In this document: positions 1 through 9,578 of the stretch, piece after piece
Layout of the letters: the number at the start of each line of letters is the position of its first letter
How positions within the stretch are numbered: position 1 is the first letter of the stretch
IMG/VR virus record: IMGVR_UViG_3300037603_000145
Coordinates: 1 to 36,039 of that record
Direction: 5' to 3' (one strand)
DNA: 36,039 bases
DNA from: a virus
Lineage: Duplodnaviria > Caudoviricetes
Notes under the pieces: generated by a model
What the model was told of the DNA's origin: nothing
Database searches by the model: none
Seen by the model: only the letters and a program-made list of their open reading frames with translations
Translations under genes and position numbers: made by a program

Positions 1-417
1 GAGAGGGATGTGAGTGATGGAAATGGTTTATCGGAAGTGCATGTGATTGATCATGAGGATGGAGGCAATGCTGCAAAGCTGAGATACGGACGCAGAGAGC
101 AGAGGGATGAGCGAACGCGGTTACTGAATAGGAAAGAATGAGAGAGGCGTACAGAAGCCGAGAGGAAGGGAAGGACGGTCGATTTGCGAAGCCGCATGCT
201 CGTGAAAGCGTGAGATCACTGTTTGGGATCAGTATGTGGTAGACGTGGATATAACTCAGATGGAATGCAGACGGACTTGACGCGGAACAAACCCCGTAAA
301 ACGCCGGCTCGAACCCGTTTCGATTCGTTTGCCTTTTTGTCCGCTCTAACACTACGTGTCTTAGTTAATAGGGTAGCGCTAGAACGGAATTCAGATGAGC
401 GTTGAATCGGGGCTCGA

Positions 418-439
418 ATTCGGCGAGTGCTCGCCGAAT
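418..439. repeat. 22-bp palindrome ATTCGGCGAG-TG-CTCGCCGAAT (copy 1 of 3)
   Basis: Perfect 10-bp arms; recurs at 3299-3320 and 4753-4774. Confidence 0.9.
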
Positions 440-444
440 GGAAA

Positions 445-1602
445 TCACCGCCCGTTGGCGTCTTGAATGATGGGCTTGCTTATCGCCCATCCCCTTTCAA
501 GATCGAACTCCGCGTAGAACTGAATGTTGTCTGGATTCATAGGCGGATCGCATGGCAATTGCCCGCGAATTGTTTGCTCCATTCCAAACCGACGGTGGAG
601 CCGACTTGGTTTGATGCCCATCATGTCGCACATCTGACGGGCTTCGGCGATGCCTTCGGCTGACCATTTCCGTTTGAAAGGACGACTCATGTAATTGAAT
701 GCCTTCATTGCCAACTCGGATGGTCTGTCATTCTCGTCTTCGTCGAGCATCCACGGGTTAAACGTTCCCCACCGAACGCCCTTTAGCTCGTCCGGCACTT
801 GCGAATCTCTGAAGATCCTGTTCTTCGTCATGTGCCTGATCTCGGGTTCATCTCGCTTCGCCGTGTACGACATATTAAGCTGCAGCTTTGCCTTGTCGTA
901 CAGCTCACTGATCTTCGCACGCAACCGTCGAGGTCCGTGTTCTTGCGTGGTAACGATGCCAAGGTGCAGGTGAGCGTGGGCGTAGCCGTCGTTGGACTCG
1001 GAGCATGGAACGAGGTGGATGGACCCGACGGTAGGACCGAGCAGATACCTTAGTTTCTTGTTCCTTTCCCGGAAGTCCTGCTTCTTCCCCCTCGCAAGCC
1101 ACGCGGTGTTGTGTTTAGCGTGCCACTCTTTCAAAAGACCGAGGAAATGAGTGAGCAGTTTCGTCTGTTCAGGGAAGGCTTCGGTACCAGCGACAGGTAT
1201 GCTGAATGACTCGGGCATGATTACAAAGCTATGCAGTCGGAGACTGCTTCGATTGCTGGCATCTGAGAAACGGAAGCTAGCAGCCATCAACTGCTGTGCC
1301 CGTTTGTTCGCCAGGATCGACGCACAGCGGGAACAGGAGTAGGGCTTCTGGCAGTAGTGGTTGAACAAGGTTAGATCCTTTGGGGTCCGAGCCCTGCGGT
1401 GAGTACCGCAGCCAAGCAAAGCAAGGCCTTCATCGTGACGGTCAGTTTGACTGTATAGACGGGCGACTTGAATGTTGCGAGCAAGCTGGCGGTTGTTCGA
1501 ATTGAGCTTCTCCCAGACCTTTGGATATTGCCGTGCAAATCTTTCTGTAACTTCGCGATATTTCACTCCCGCGACCGTTGAATCTGGTTTGATTTTGGAC
1601 AT
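445..1602 (-). CDS. HUH-superfamily rolling-circle replication initiator (Rep_1/pC194-like)
   Basis: 385 aa; N-terminal Cys cluster (CGT...CQKPYSCSRC), HUH motif YAHAHLHLGIV, candidate catalytic Tyr in AFNYMSRP; ends at a TGA where the paralog has TGG. Confidence 0.65.
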   Translation of the reverse strand: MSKIKPDSTVAGVKYREVTERFARQYPKVWEKLNSNNRQLARNIQVARLYSQTDRHDEGLALLGCGTHRRARTPKDLTLFNHYCQKPYSCSRCASILANKRAQQLMAASFRFSDASNRSSLRLHSFVIMPESFSIPVAGTEAFPEQTKLLTHFLGLLKEWHAKHNTAWLARGKKQDFRERNKKLRYLLGPTVGSIHLVPCSESNDGYAHAHLHLGIVTTQEHGPRRLRAKISELYDKAKLQLNMSYTAKRDEPEIRHMTKNRIFRDSQVPDELKGVRWGTFNPWMLDEDENDRPSELAMKAFNYMSRPFKRKWSAEGIAEARQMCDMMGIKPSRLHRRFGMEQTIRGQLPCDPPMNPDNIQFYAEFDLERGWAISKPIIQDANGR

Positions 1603-1732
1603 GGAATCGCCTCAGTTATTTTGACACTGTGAACGTCAGGTGAGAGTTCCTGAACGAAGTTCCAGGATGGAACGCCCAAACACCCGACACGCCGAAGGTG
1701 CCTATGGTCCAGGTGAGTTTTTGCTAGTTGCG

Positions 1733-1766
1733 AAAAAAGCCCACCAGAGTACTCCGGTGGGCTTTT
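1733..1766. terminator. Probable bidirectional intrinsic terminator
   Basis: AAAAAA-GCCCACC..GGTGGGC-TTTT. Confidence 0.7.
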
Positions 1767-1891
1767 GTGCCTTGGTTCAGCGAAGCTGCATCAATTCCGC
1801 AAAAATGGTTGTGGCTTGAGCTCCAATTCACCACGAAGGTCTTGCATGCGGGATGGAAGTCAATGTTTGGATGTTCGCTTGAGAAAGCGTG

Positions 1892-2013
1892 ATAGGGGTA
1901 GGGAAGTCCGGTTGAGCCGGACTCCCCTCCCTCAGAACCGTACGTGCGGTTCTCCCGCATGCGGCTCGCCAGTCAGTGGGTCCCATCGAGGGATTGAACG
2001 TAAGCTGAGTGGG
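1892..2013 (-). mobile_element. Group II intron 3' remnant (domains V-VI)
   Basis: Minus strand GAGCCGCATGCGGGAGAACCGCACGTACGGTTC (DV, AGC triad), then DVI ending CCCTAT; no RT ORF or 5' part in the window. Confidence 0.9.
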
Positions 2014-2017
2014 CTAA

Positions 2018-3073
2018 CAGCCTGTTGATTCTTGTCGTTCTGGCGCTATTTTGAGCGGACTCGATTTGGAGGCTCTGCGATGGTACTTGGGAAGCGAAGA
2101 CGACAGCAGGATACGTCGGGGTGGCTGCTGATAAACTCGGCAGTGGGCCGAGTAATGCGTTCTGCGATCAGCTCTATCAACTGTTGGACGGGATCGACTT
2201 CGATCGGAAGCTGGAGAAGGCAGCCGAGCCGTTTTACGAGAAGACGGGACGAAAAGGTCTGCCCCCTGGCGTCTACTTCCGGATGATCTTTATTGGATAT
2301 TTCGAGGACATCTCCAGCCAGCGAGGAATTGCTTGGCGGTGTGAAGACCGCCGTTCACAGGCCAGATTCCTGGGTTACGCAGCGGGGAACCGGCACCGGA
2401 TCACAGCGCCCCTTCGCTCACCCGCGAGCGACTGCCGATGGAAGTTCACGCATTGGCTTTCGAGTTGATTCTCTCGGCCGCTCAAGACAATGGACTCCTC
2501 AAAGGAAAGACCATTGGCGTCGATGCGATCGACTTGGGAGCCAACGCTTCGATGAAGTCGATCGTTCGCAAGGACAACGGCGATGATTGGCGAGAATACC
2601 TTCGCAAGCTGTACGAAGAAGAGAATGGCATTAGCGATCCAGGCGACGACGAACTGCGTCGTTTCGACAAGCGGCGGAAACCGAACAAGAAAGTCAGCAA
2701 CGAAGACCAGGAAAGTGCAACCGATCCCGATTCGCGGATTGGCAAGATGAAAGACAGTCGTTTTCACCTGATATACAAAGCCGAGAACGCGGTCGGTTTG
2801 GAAACCGAAGTGATCGTGGCGGCGGAAGTTTATCACGGAAACATTGGTGACACTTCAACCATCGAAGACACGGTCATCGCCGCTCAAACTCATCTGCGTG
2901 AAACGGGCACTGAGTGTGAAGTCAAAGAAGTTGTAGCCGATAAGGGCTACCACGGCGAAGAGACGTTGGACTCGCTGCAGAACGAGTCGCGTGTTCGTAC
3001 TTACATTCCTGACGCCGCTCGAAAAACCAACCACGCCTGGACCGACAAGAACCCCCGCCGCGAGTCTTCCTAG
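2018..3073 (+). mobile_element. Truncated IS1182-like (IS5/IS1182 group) insertion sequence
   Basis: Probable left end CAGCCTGTTGA after CTAA; transposase remnant; matching right IR not seen. Confidence 0.7.
2080..3073 (+). pseudogene. IS1182-like DDE transposase, frameshifted and C-terminally truncated
   Basis: GGAGG RBS + ATG 2080; pieces in different frames (2121-2468 GRKGLPPGVYFRM, DUF772-like; 2438-3073 VDAIDL...ADKGY). Confidence 0.85.
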
Positions 3074-3241
3074 CCACCTAAAAGATCTCGGTGTCTATGG
3101 GACGAATGGCGATGGGCTGGAGAAAACGCAAACGAAACCCGGACGGGTCGAAGGCGTGCAAAAACCAGTAGAACGCCGCCTTGAGCCCGTCTGAGGCGTG
3201 TGTGTTTCTTTCTCCTTTACACATACGTGTCTATACGTGTC

Positions 3242-4190
3242 TTAGTTAAGTGGTTGAAGCCGCAACGGAATGCAGATGAGCATTGGATTGGGTTTCGGAT
3301 TCGGCGAGTGCTCGCCGAATGGAACCCACTTCCCGTTAGAGTTTTGGGCAACCGGCTTGCAGATAGCCCATCCATTCTCAGCATTGAAGTCCGCATGGAA
3401 CTGAACGTGGTCAAGGCTCATTGGCGGGTCGCACGGTAGCTGTTTGAAAATCGTGTCCTCCATGCCAAAGCGACGACGAAGACTGTGCGGCTCGATTCCT
3501 ATCATGTCGCACATCTGGCGAGCTTCGGCGATTCCTTTCTGCCGCCCAATGATGTATGAACGGGCGACTCGAGTAGTAGAACGCCTGCAAGGTAAGTACA
3601 GCTGCTGGGTCGTTCTCGTCGATGGCGTCTGGCCTGAACAAACCCCATCTCACACACGCCAACTCTTCTGGCACCTTGCCGTCTCGAAAGATCCTACGCC
3701 GTGTCATTCAAGTAATCTCTGGATCTGTTCCTTTCACCACGTAAGTCATTCCGAGCTGCTGCTTTGCTCTGTCGTACAGCATCTGGATTCTGTCGTGCAG
3801 ACGACGCGTGCCGTGTTTGAGCTTCGTGACGAGTTCCAGATGCAAATGGGTGTGAGCGTACCCGTCTTTGGGTTCGCTGTAGGGTACGAGGTGAATGGAT
3901 CCGACAGTGGGCCCAAGCAATTCCTTCCGCTTCTTTTTCCTCTCGCGTAATCCCTGCTTTTTGCCCGTAGCAAACAACGTGGTATTGTGCTTCGTGTGCC
4001 AATTTTTCAGCTGATCCAAGAACCGCGTCAGGAGTCTCGTCTGCTCTGGGAAAGCGTCTGCACCAGCGATGCCCATGCTGAAAGACTCAGGCTTGATTAC
4101 GAATCTGACTCAGCCAAGAGCAATGTTGCGGCGCAAACAGAAACTGAATTTGGGGGCTCGAGTCAGTCAAGAATGCAACGCGAATGGCAA
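3242..4190 (-). pseudogene. Degenerate second copy of the HUH Rep gene
   Basis: Fragments 3708-4076 (LLGPTVGSIHLVP...GYAHTHLHL), 3411-3707 (AFYYSSRPF) and 3242-3514 (QLPCDPPM) align with 445-1602; frameshifts; N-terminus lost. Confidence 0.9.
3299..3320. repeat. 22-bp palindrome copy 2
   Basis: Identical to 418-439. Confidence 0.9.
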
Positions 4191-4420
4191 CCGTCTTGAG
4201 GTTGCCGTGAACGCTTTTCTTAAAGCGGTCTTTTTCAATTTCGCAGCTTGCTGCCAGGTAGCGGACAAAGAATTCCTTGCTGTACGCACTCAAGTTGTCT
4301 GCAATCAACCCTCCGGCGTTTCTTTCATGCACACGTGATTTTGCACCAAACGTCAATTGAATCGTTCTTCGCACTCGGCTCCATTGGTCAACGCACACTT
4401 CAAGCGACACGGAGAGAACG

Positions 4421-4819
4421 ATGAATCAAGACAACAAAAACCGGGGACTCAAAGCTAACTTTGCCGATCTCATGAGATTGCTCGCGGATGCTTTGATCCA
4501 ATTCAAAGACGTGCCGCCGCTTTTGCAGAAACGCGTTCATGCTTCGACTGCGTGGCGATGGACTAATCGAGGCGCAAACGGAATCAAGCTCGAAACCGTA
4601 GGTGTCGAAGGCAAACGCTTAACGAGTGTTCAGGCCGTCACGAGGTTCCTGAAGCGGACCTCAACACGGTGTACGCGGTGTGCAGAATACTTTCGCATTC
4701 AACTGAGACCACGAACGAACCCCGCACAATCGATCGTCTTGCAACATTCACTATTCGGCGAGGACTCGCCGAATTGCTGGGGCGCACTGGTCCCGTTGAG
4801 CGAGATCGAATCGGTTTAA
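4421..4819 (+). CDS. DUF1580-like HTH DNA-binding protein (excisionase-like); C-terminal extension may be spurious
   Basis: VHASTAWRWTNRGANGIKLETV...RLTSVQAVTRFL; paralog of 7192-7428; GGAGAG RBS. Confidence 0.75.
   Translation: MNQDNKNRGLKANFADLMRLLADALIQFKDVPPLLQKRVHASTAWRWTNRGANGIKLETVGVEGKRLTSVQAVTRFLKRTSTRCTRCAEYFRIQLRPRTNPAQSIVLQHSLFGEDSPNCWGALVPLSEIESV
4753..4774. repeat. 22-bp palindrome copy 3 (ATTCGGCGAG-GA-CTCGCCGAAT)
   Basis: Same arms as 418-439, in unrelated flanks. Confidence 0.85.
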
Positions 4820-4987
4820 AAACAGACAAACCCGATATCCGGCAGGGACAGCGAGATCCGCTTGCCCGCGACTCCCTCGCCGGGGCCAACAGGTTCTTGC
4901 GAACCCTACTGCGAGCAGATTTTCGCTGGGCTGGATGCCGGGCTAGCGGAACCACGTACCAACACCACTTCAATCATCGGATCAACC

Positions 4988-5254
4988 ATGTCAACCAACA
5001 CTCCAAACTTCATCGTCCTCACTGAGGAGGACTACTCGCGATTGATCGATAGGATTCAGCAGACGATTGTTGATGCGATTCCATCTCACCAATCCGCCTC
5101 TCCGTTGCTCGTAAACTCAGCTGAGATGGCTCGCTTGCTATCGATCTCTGAGCAACATTTGGACAGGATGCGAAGAGAAGGGCGTGTACCATCGACAACT
5201 GTCGGCAGATCACGTCGATACTGTCCGCAGCAGGTGATCGAGGCGTTGCGATGA
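4988..5254 (+). CDS. Excisionase/AlpA-type HTH protein
   Basis: LLVNSAEMARLLSISEQHLDRMRREGRVPSTTVGRSRRY; ATG 4988 within ORF 4862-5254. Confidence 0.8.
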   Translation: MSTNTPNFIVLTEEDYSRLIDRIQQTIVDAIPSHQSASPLLVNSAEMARLLSISEQHLDRMRREGRVPSTTVGRSRRYCPQQVIEALR

Positions 5255-5349
5255 ACGATTACCCAATCCATCCTGCAGCTGAGAGAATGCCGGACATGAC
5301 TCTAGATGAATCTCAGGAGCTCATCGAGGACAGGTACGGTCGAGAGTAA
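5251..5349 (+). pseudogene. N-terminal fragment of a ParB/Srx-like protein
   Basis: ATGA-coupled to the previous gene; MNDYPIHPAAERMPDMTLDESQELIED resembles the phage ParB-like N-terminus; stops after 32 aa. Confidence 0.5.
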
Positions 5350-5631
5350 GGGTTCGCTAGCTACCTATTGACGAAGGAAGGCGACGTGATGCCCCCACTC
5401 TGATCCAACTGATTGAGGACGGCAAGTTGTTTCTTCCGCTCCCCGACGGGAATGTCACTCATGAATCCGATGCTGAACTGGATTGCCAACGGATTCGGGA
5501 GTCAGGCGAGAAGGTGCTCGGGATCGTGCCACTTGTCCGCATCAAATGAACCATCACTCAAACGAACGCATTGATTGGTCAAATAGATCTAAAATATATA
5601 CCACCCAAACCCAAGAAGCGAGGTAAAGCGA

Positions 5632-7035
5632 ATGGCTAGCCTGGAGCACGTTGCACGAGACGGACGAAATCACTATCGACTGCGATTGTCGCTGGACAAG
5701 AAACGGATTCGCATCGGCTTGGGTGAGTTCAATGAAGAGCAAGCCGACGAAGCTAAGGAGCACATCGAACACCTGATTGGGCAGTATCGACGTGGACGCC
5801 CCCCTGCACCATCAACGGCTGAGTGGCTGGATCGCCTACCGCTGGAGATCCATGATCGCATCGCGTCGTATGGACTGGCCGAGGCTCGCCAACGCGCAGA
5901 ACTCCCGCGAACTGTGTTGGCGTTCATGCGTGCCTACATCAAAAGCCGAACGGACTGGAAAAAGCCGGAGAACTATCGGCAGGCCGTAGATCATCTTGAG
6001 GCTTACCTGGGAAAAGATGCTCCGCTTAGCAGTTTGGCAAAGGGAGATGTTGAGCGGTGGCAACGGTGGATGATTAATGAAGCAAAAGGTCCGAAGTTGT
6101 CACCGAACACTGCGGGGCAGAACGTGAAGCGTTGCCGTCAGATGATGCGACAGGCAGTTGACGACAACCTGATCGAATCAAACCCGTTCGTTGGGGTGAA
6201 GATTGATCTGCGAAGCGACACGAGCAAGAACCGGTTCATTTCAGCAGATCAAGCAACCGCGATCATGGAAGCTTGTCCTGATCAGGAGTGGCGAGTGATA
6301 TTTGGTCTTTGCCGCTATGCAGGACTGCGTTGCCCGAGCGAAGTGCTGCGGTTGCGGTGGTCGGACATTCACTGGGACCGGGGGCGATTCAAAGTCACCG
6401 CGCCGAAGACGGAGCGATACGGGAAGGGAACGCGGATTGTGCCGCTGTTCCGTGAAGTCAGGACAGAGTTGGATGCTCTGTTCTCAATTGTGGGGCCTGG
6501 GCTGGAATGTGCCGCTGATTCCTATGTCATCCAGCGATACAGATGCAGTGAAGCAAACTTGAGGACGACGTACAACAAAATCGTGGAACGGGCTGGAATT
6601 GCGGTTTACCCGAAACCGTTCATGGCACTGCGTGCCAGCAGGCGAACAGAGCTTGAGCGATCGGGCAAGCACAAAAACTACGTTCTCAACGATTGGTTTG
6701 GGCACTCGGGAGCCATCGCAGAAACCCACTACCTCAGCGTCACCGAGGATGACTTCCTCGATGCCCTCGCGGATGAACCAGCATCTAATCGGCCCTCAAC
6801 AGATTTGGAGGGCACACAGGAGGGCACCTCTGTAGATAGTGCCGGGTCATCAGCAGATCAGGAGCAACCGAAGAAAGCCAACGATTGCGAGCCTGAGATG
6901 GCTGGAGAGGCCTTGGGAAAAGCCAATCAATACATCCGGAGGGATTCGAACCCCCAACCCTCGGTTCCGAAGGAGCAGTGCCTCGCAGGACGAATGCTTA
7001 TGAAAGCCCCGTTTGTTCTGCACCTAAGTAAATAG
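5632..7035 (+). CDS. int: Tyrosine recombinase/integrase (left element)
   Basis: AGLRCPSEV, PKT, ALRASR, WFGHS, THY motifs; GAGG RBS; 3' end crosses the att scar. Confidence 0.92.
   Translation: MASLEHVARDGRNHYRLRLSLDKKRIRIGLGEFNEEQADEAKEHIEHLIGQYRRGRPPAPSTAEWLDRLPLEIHDRIASYGLAEARQRAELPRTVLAFMRAYIKSRTDWKKPENYRQAVDHLEAYLGKDAPLSSLAKGDVERWQRWMINEAKGPKLSPNTAGQNVKRCRQMMRQAVDDNLIESNPFVGVKIDLRSDTSKNRFISADQATAIMEACPDQEWRVIFGLCRYAGLRCPSEVLRLRWSDIHWDRGRFKVTAPKTERYGKGTRIVPLFREVRTELDALFSIVGPGLECAADSYVIQRYRCSEANLRTTYNKIVERAGIAVYPKPFMALRASRRTELERSGKHKNYVLNDWFGHSGAIAETHYLSVTEDDFLDALADEPASNRPSTDLEGTQEGTSVDSAGSSADQEQPKKANDCEPEMAGEALGKANQYIRRDSNPQPSVPKEQCLAGRMLMKAPFVLHLSK
6931..6972 (-). other. att site: 3' half of tRNA-Arg(UCG), not an intact tRNA
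   Basis: Minus strand CTTCGGA-ACCGAGGGTT-GGGGGTTCGAATCCCTC-CGGATGTA = anticodon loop, T arm and acceptor strand; 5' anticodon stem and D arm absent. Confidence 0.85.
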
Positions 7036-7191
7036 CAATTTCGCGCTGCTGTCCATTAGCCTGCTTGGATATTCAGCATCGGGTTGTTCTGTATTGTTCG
7101 GTGGTGCCCTCAGGTGCCGGTTTACCCAACGTGTTGAATCTCGATTTTCGCGCTGTCTATTGTTTCTCGTCAACCGAGAACACGAACCGAA

Positions 7192-7428
7192 GTGAGAGAC
7201 ATGACGACAGCACAGGCAATAAAGACAGACCCAATGGATCTCCTCACGGAAGATCTGATCACCATGAACGAAGCCGCGAAGGCAGTTCCCGGCGGAATCC
7301 ACCTGGGGACCCTCTATCGCTGGGCTGAGCGCGGCCTAAACGGCGTGAAGCTGGAGACGGTGAAGATCGGAAGCAAACGGCGAACTAGCGTCCAAGCGGT
7401 GCATCGGTTTCTAAAGCGGACGCAGTGA
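7192..7428 (+). CDS. DUF1580-like HTH protein, probable prophage excisionase
   Basis: LITMNEAAKAVPGGIHLGTLYRWAERGLNGVKLETVKIGSKRRTSVQAVHRFL; next to att; start may be ATG 7201. Confidence 0.8.
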   Translation: MRDMTTAQAIKTDPMDLLTEDLITMNEAAKAVPGGIHLGTLYRWAERGLNGVKLETVKIGSKRRTSVQAVHRFLKRTQ

Positions 7429-7435
7429 GGGCCGT

Positions 7436-7885
7436 ATGAACATCGGAAATGAAAGTGGTGACAAGCGGAAAACTCAGCCGACCGTGAGCGAGCGATGGGA
7501 GTGCCGCCACTACGGCAGTGGCACGTGTACCGTAGAAGACGCCAACGGTCCCAAACGGGCATTCGCCCACGGCGTGCATGGCCTGAGCCCGCACCTCTAT
7601 GTCTACGGGCCAGGAAACGCAGATGAAGCGAAGTACATACGCGATCGCATAAAGTGCTGCGAAGACATCCGCGACTACCTGAATGGTGGCGAGCGACCAG
7701 CCTGGCTAGATGACATGCAGCGAGTCAGCGAAACCCACGCAACCGACATGGACGGCACGTCGATCACCGCCACCGGACCATCCTACGACGCGAACCCACC
7801 AAGCTGTCACTGGCGGCAAGACGAGTCACCTGAGGCGAGAGACGCGCGGTCAAGACTAATGGACCGGCTGTTTCTTTCACGATGA
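7436..7885 (+). CDS. Hypothetical phage protein
   Basis: 149 aa, GAGG RBS, directly follows the DUF1580 gene. Confidence 0.65.
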   Translation: MNIGNESGDKRKTQPTVSERWECRHYGSGTCTVEDANGPKRAFAHGVHGLSPHLYVYGPGNADEAKYIRDRIKCCEDIRDYLNGGERPAWLDDMQRVSETHATDMDGTSITATGPSYDANPPSCHWRQDESPEARDARSRLMDRLFLSR

Positions 7886-8078
7886 AGAGGAGAAGAACCG
7901 CTATGGAGCAATGAACGGGTGAGGGTTGAAACTAATAGACGAACTAGCGTTCAGGCACTTCGTCGTTTTGTGAAGCGAACCCAATGAGAAATGGAGGAGC
8001 TTCTGGAAGTCTATCGTTTGTTGTCTAATGAAGCTGATGGTGCCGTGCGGGCAATGGTGTTGTATTGCCGGTACCTGT

Positions 8079-8687
8079 CTACGAGATTGCGTCAACGTCA
8101 CCTTCGAATGTCCCGGCGATGTAGTTGAGTTGCGAGTACAACTGATTTGAGCGATCGCGTAAGTTCGGAATGTTCACGTGGGTAACGTCTGCCAGGTTCT
8201 GGTTGCCTTTCCTGTCATTCTCGTAGCGAAAGGCGAAAGACCACCTGTCAACCGCATCGTAATCGCTCAGGACGGACTCAATTGTCGCAAAGTCAATTGG
8301 TCGGTTTTGCTCGGGAAATCGAGATACCACGTGCGGCTTCAGGCTGTTCCATAAGGGCAAAAGCGTGTGGACCAGTTCGATCGCAGTAGAGCCGGGGTTC
8401 AGTCTATTGAGGAATTCCAATGCACGCTTTAACTGCAATTCAAATGCGTGCCGGAAATTGAACGCGATCGGATAAACGAGCGAATCGAGCGATGATTTTT
8501 CCTTCAAAGCATGTTCAGCAATGACATTGGCTGCATGGTGATAGCCCTCTGCTATCAAGTCCATTCGCCAGCAGGCAAGGCTTGCCGTGTTTACCGTGCT
8601 GTCCTCGTCGCCTTCGACGAAACAGAAAGTGTCATTCCCTAGTGTCGGCTGCGAAGATTTAAGCGACACCACCTTTCGTTCGTTCAT
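8079..8687 (-). CDS. Hypothetical helical protein, HEPN-like
   Basis: 202 aa, AGGAG RBS; YPIAFNFRHAFELQLK...H.L..LW...D..SFAFRY pattern. Confidence 0.6.
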   Translation of the reverse strand: MNERKVVSLKSSQPTLGNDTFCFVEGDEDSTVNTASLACWRMDLIAEGYHHAANVIAEHALKEKSSLDSLVYPIAFNFRHAFELQLKRALEFLNRLNPGSTAIELVHTLLPLWNSLKPHVVSRFPEQNRPIDFATIESVLSDYDAVDRWSFAFRYENDRKGNQNLADVTHVNIPNLRDRSNQLYSQLNYIAGTFEGDVDAIS

Positions 8688-8905
8688 CTCTGGCTCCTAC
8701 CACAGGCACCTCGGATTTATGCAGTGCCGTTTCGTGTGAAAATAGAAACCGCTCGATTGTAGGGCATTTATTGATTGAGCAACCACCCTGCGAAGATGTG
8801 ATACATAATGAAAGCCACTGTGCGTCGTGGCATGGTGGTGAACGTTGCGGCGAGGACCACCCACGCCTGACCGCTAAGCACGTGAGCGGGAGTCATTGGG
8901 CTTGA

Positions 8906-8969
8906 TCACGTAGCGGCGTCTCTCCGAGACGCTGTCATTCGCAAGTCTCAGAGAGACTCGCCTACGTGA
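8906..8969. repeat. GTAG-type REP doublet (REPIN-like)
   Basis: TCACGTAG.GCGTCTCTCCGAGACGC and inverted partner GTCTCAGAGAGACTCGCCTACGTGA. Confidence 0.65.
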
Positions 8970-9048
8970 GGTTCTACCCGATCATTCCTGCCGACCTGCT
9001 TAGTGATGGCACCCGTTGCCATCGGCGGTCAGGATTTCACCAGGCTAG

Positions 9049-9408
9049 CTAGCCGTCAATCGCAGCCAACCGATGCTCTGTCATTGCGGCAATCACGTCG
9101 CAATCGACGGAACCGGACTGCGACCAATGCCAGTCTCCATCGATTAGGTCGGCGACGCCAACACGCGCAAGGTACTCAAGATCGGCAAGCGTGGTTCGCA
9201 CGCTAATGAAGCGACCAACGATCTGAGAGGCGTCAGTGGCCATCTCTCGCGGTGTCTGGCCAACAGGGGAAAGCATCAGCAGCTTGGCCGTAACAAGCAC
9301 ACGATCGAATTCAGCGACGTTGTGGGCTTGGTGCTTGGGACGCGACGAAAAAAGGCGACTAAACATAGTGGACTCGCAACAATGAGAAGGGGAAACGGTA
9401 ATGAACAT
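9049..9408 (-). CDS. Small winged-helix-like DNA-binding protein
   Basis: TPREMATDASQIVGRFISVRTTLADLEYLARVGV; start uncertain (9408 with GAGGGAG RBS, or 9366). Confidence 0.5.
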   Translation of the reverse strand: MFITVSPSHCCESTMFSRLFSSRPKHQAHNVAEFDRVLVTAKLLMLSPVGQTPREMATDASQIVGRFISVRTTLADLEYLARVGVADLIDGDWHWSQSGSVDCDVIAAMTEHRLAAIDG

Positions 9409-9578
9409 CAATCTCCCTCGACGACCGGTTGCGACGGTCTTTGCTTCTGTCGTGCGATGAATATTGCAAACCCCGAAAGGCCCGTCAAGCAGATTTTCAC
9501 CGAAAGATTGAAATGGCCACCGGCGCCCCATAACCTACAAGTGCCCTGGGTTTGACATTCCCCGGGGCGGAAACGGGG

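Noticed and set aside
1-220. Purine-rich stretch with a 46-codon open frame
   Set aside because: Window edge; no recognisable motif or periodic repeat
1724-1960. 78-aa ORF MRENRTYGSEGG...
   Set aside because: Translation artefact of group II intron DV-DVI
6931-6972. Intact tRNA-Arg
   Set aside because: Only the 3' half is present
8728-8743. parS-like CGTTTCGTGTGAAAAT
   Set aside because: Too many mismatches to TGTTTCACGTGAAACA, and a single copy
9466-9500. c-di-GMP-I riboswitch (GCAAACC..GAAA.GG)
   Set aside because: The following GACGCAAAG motif and P1 pairing are missing
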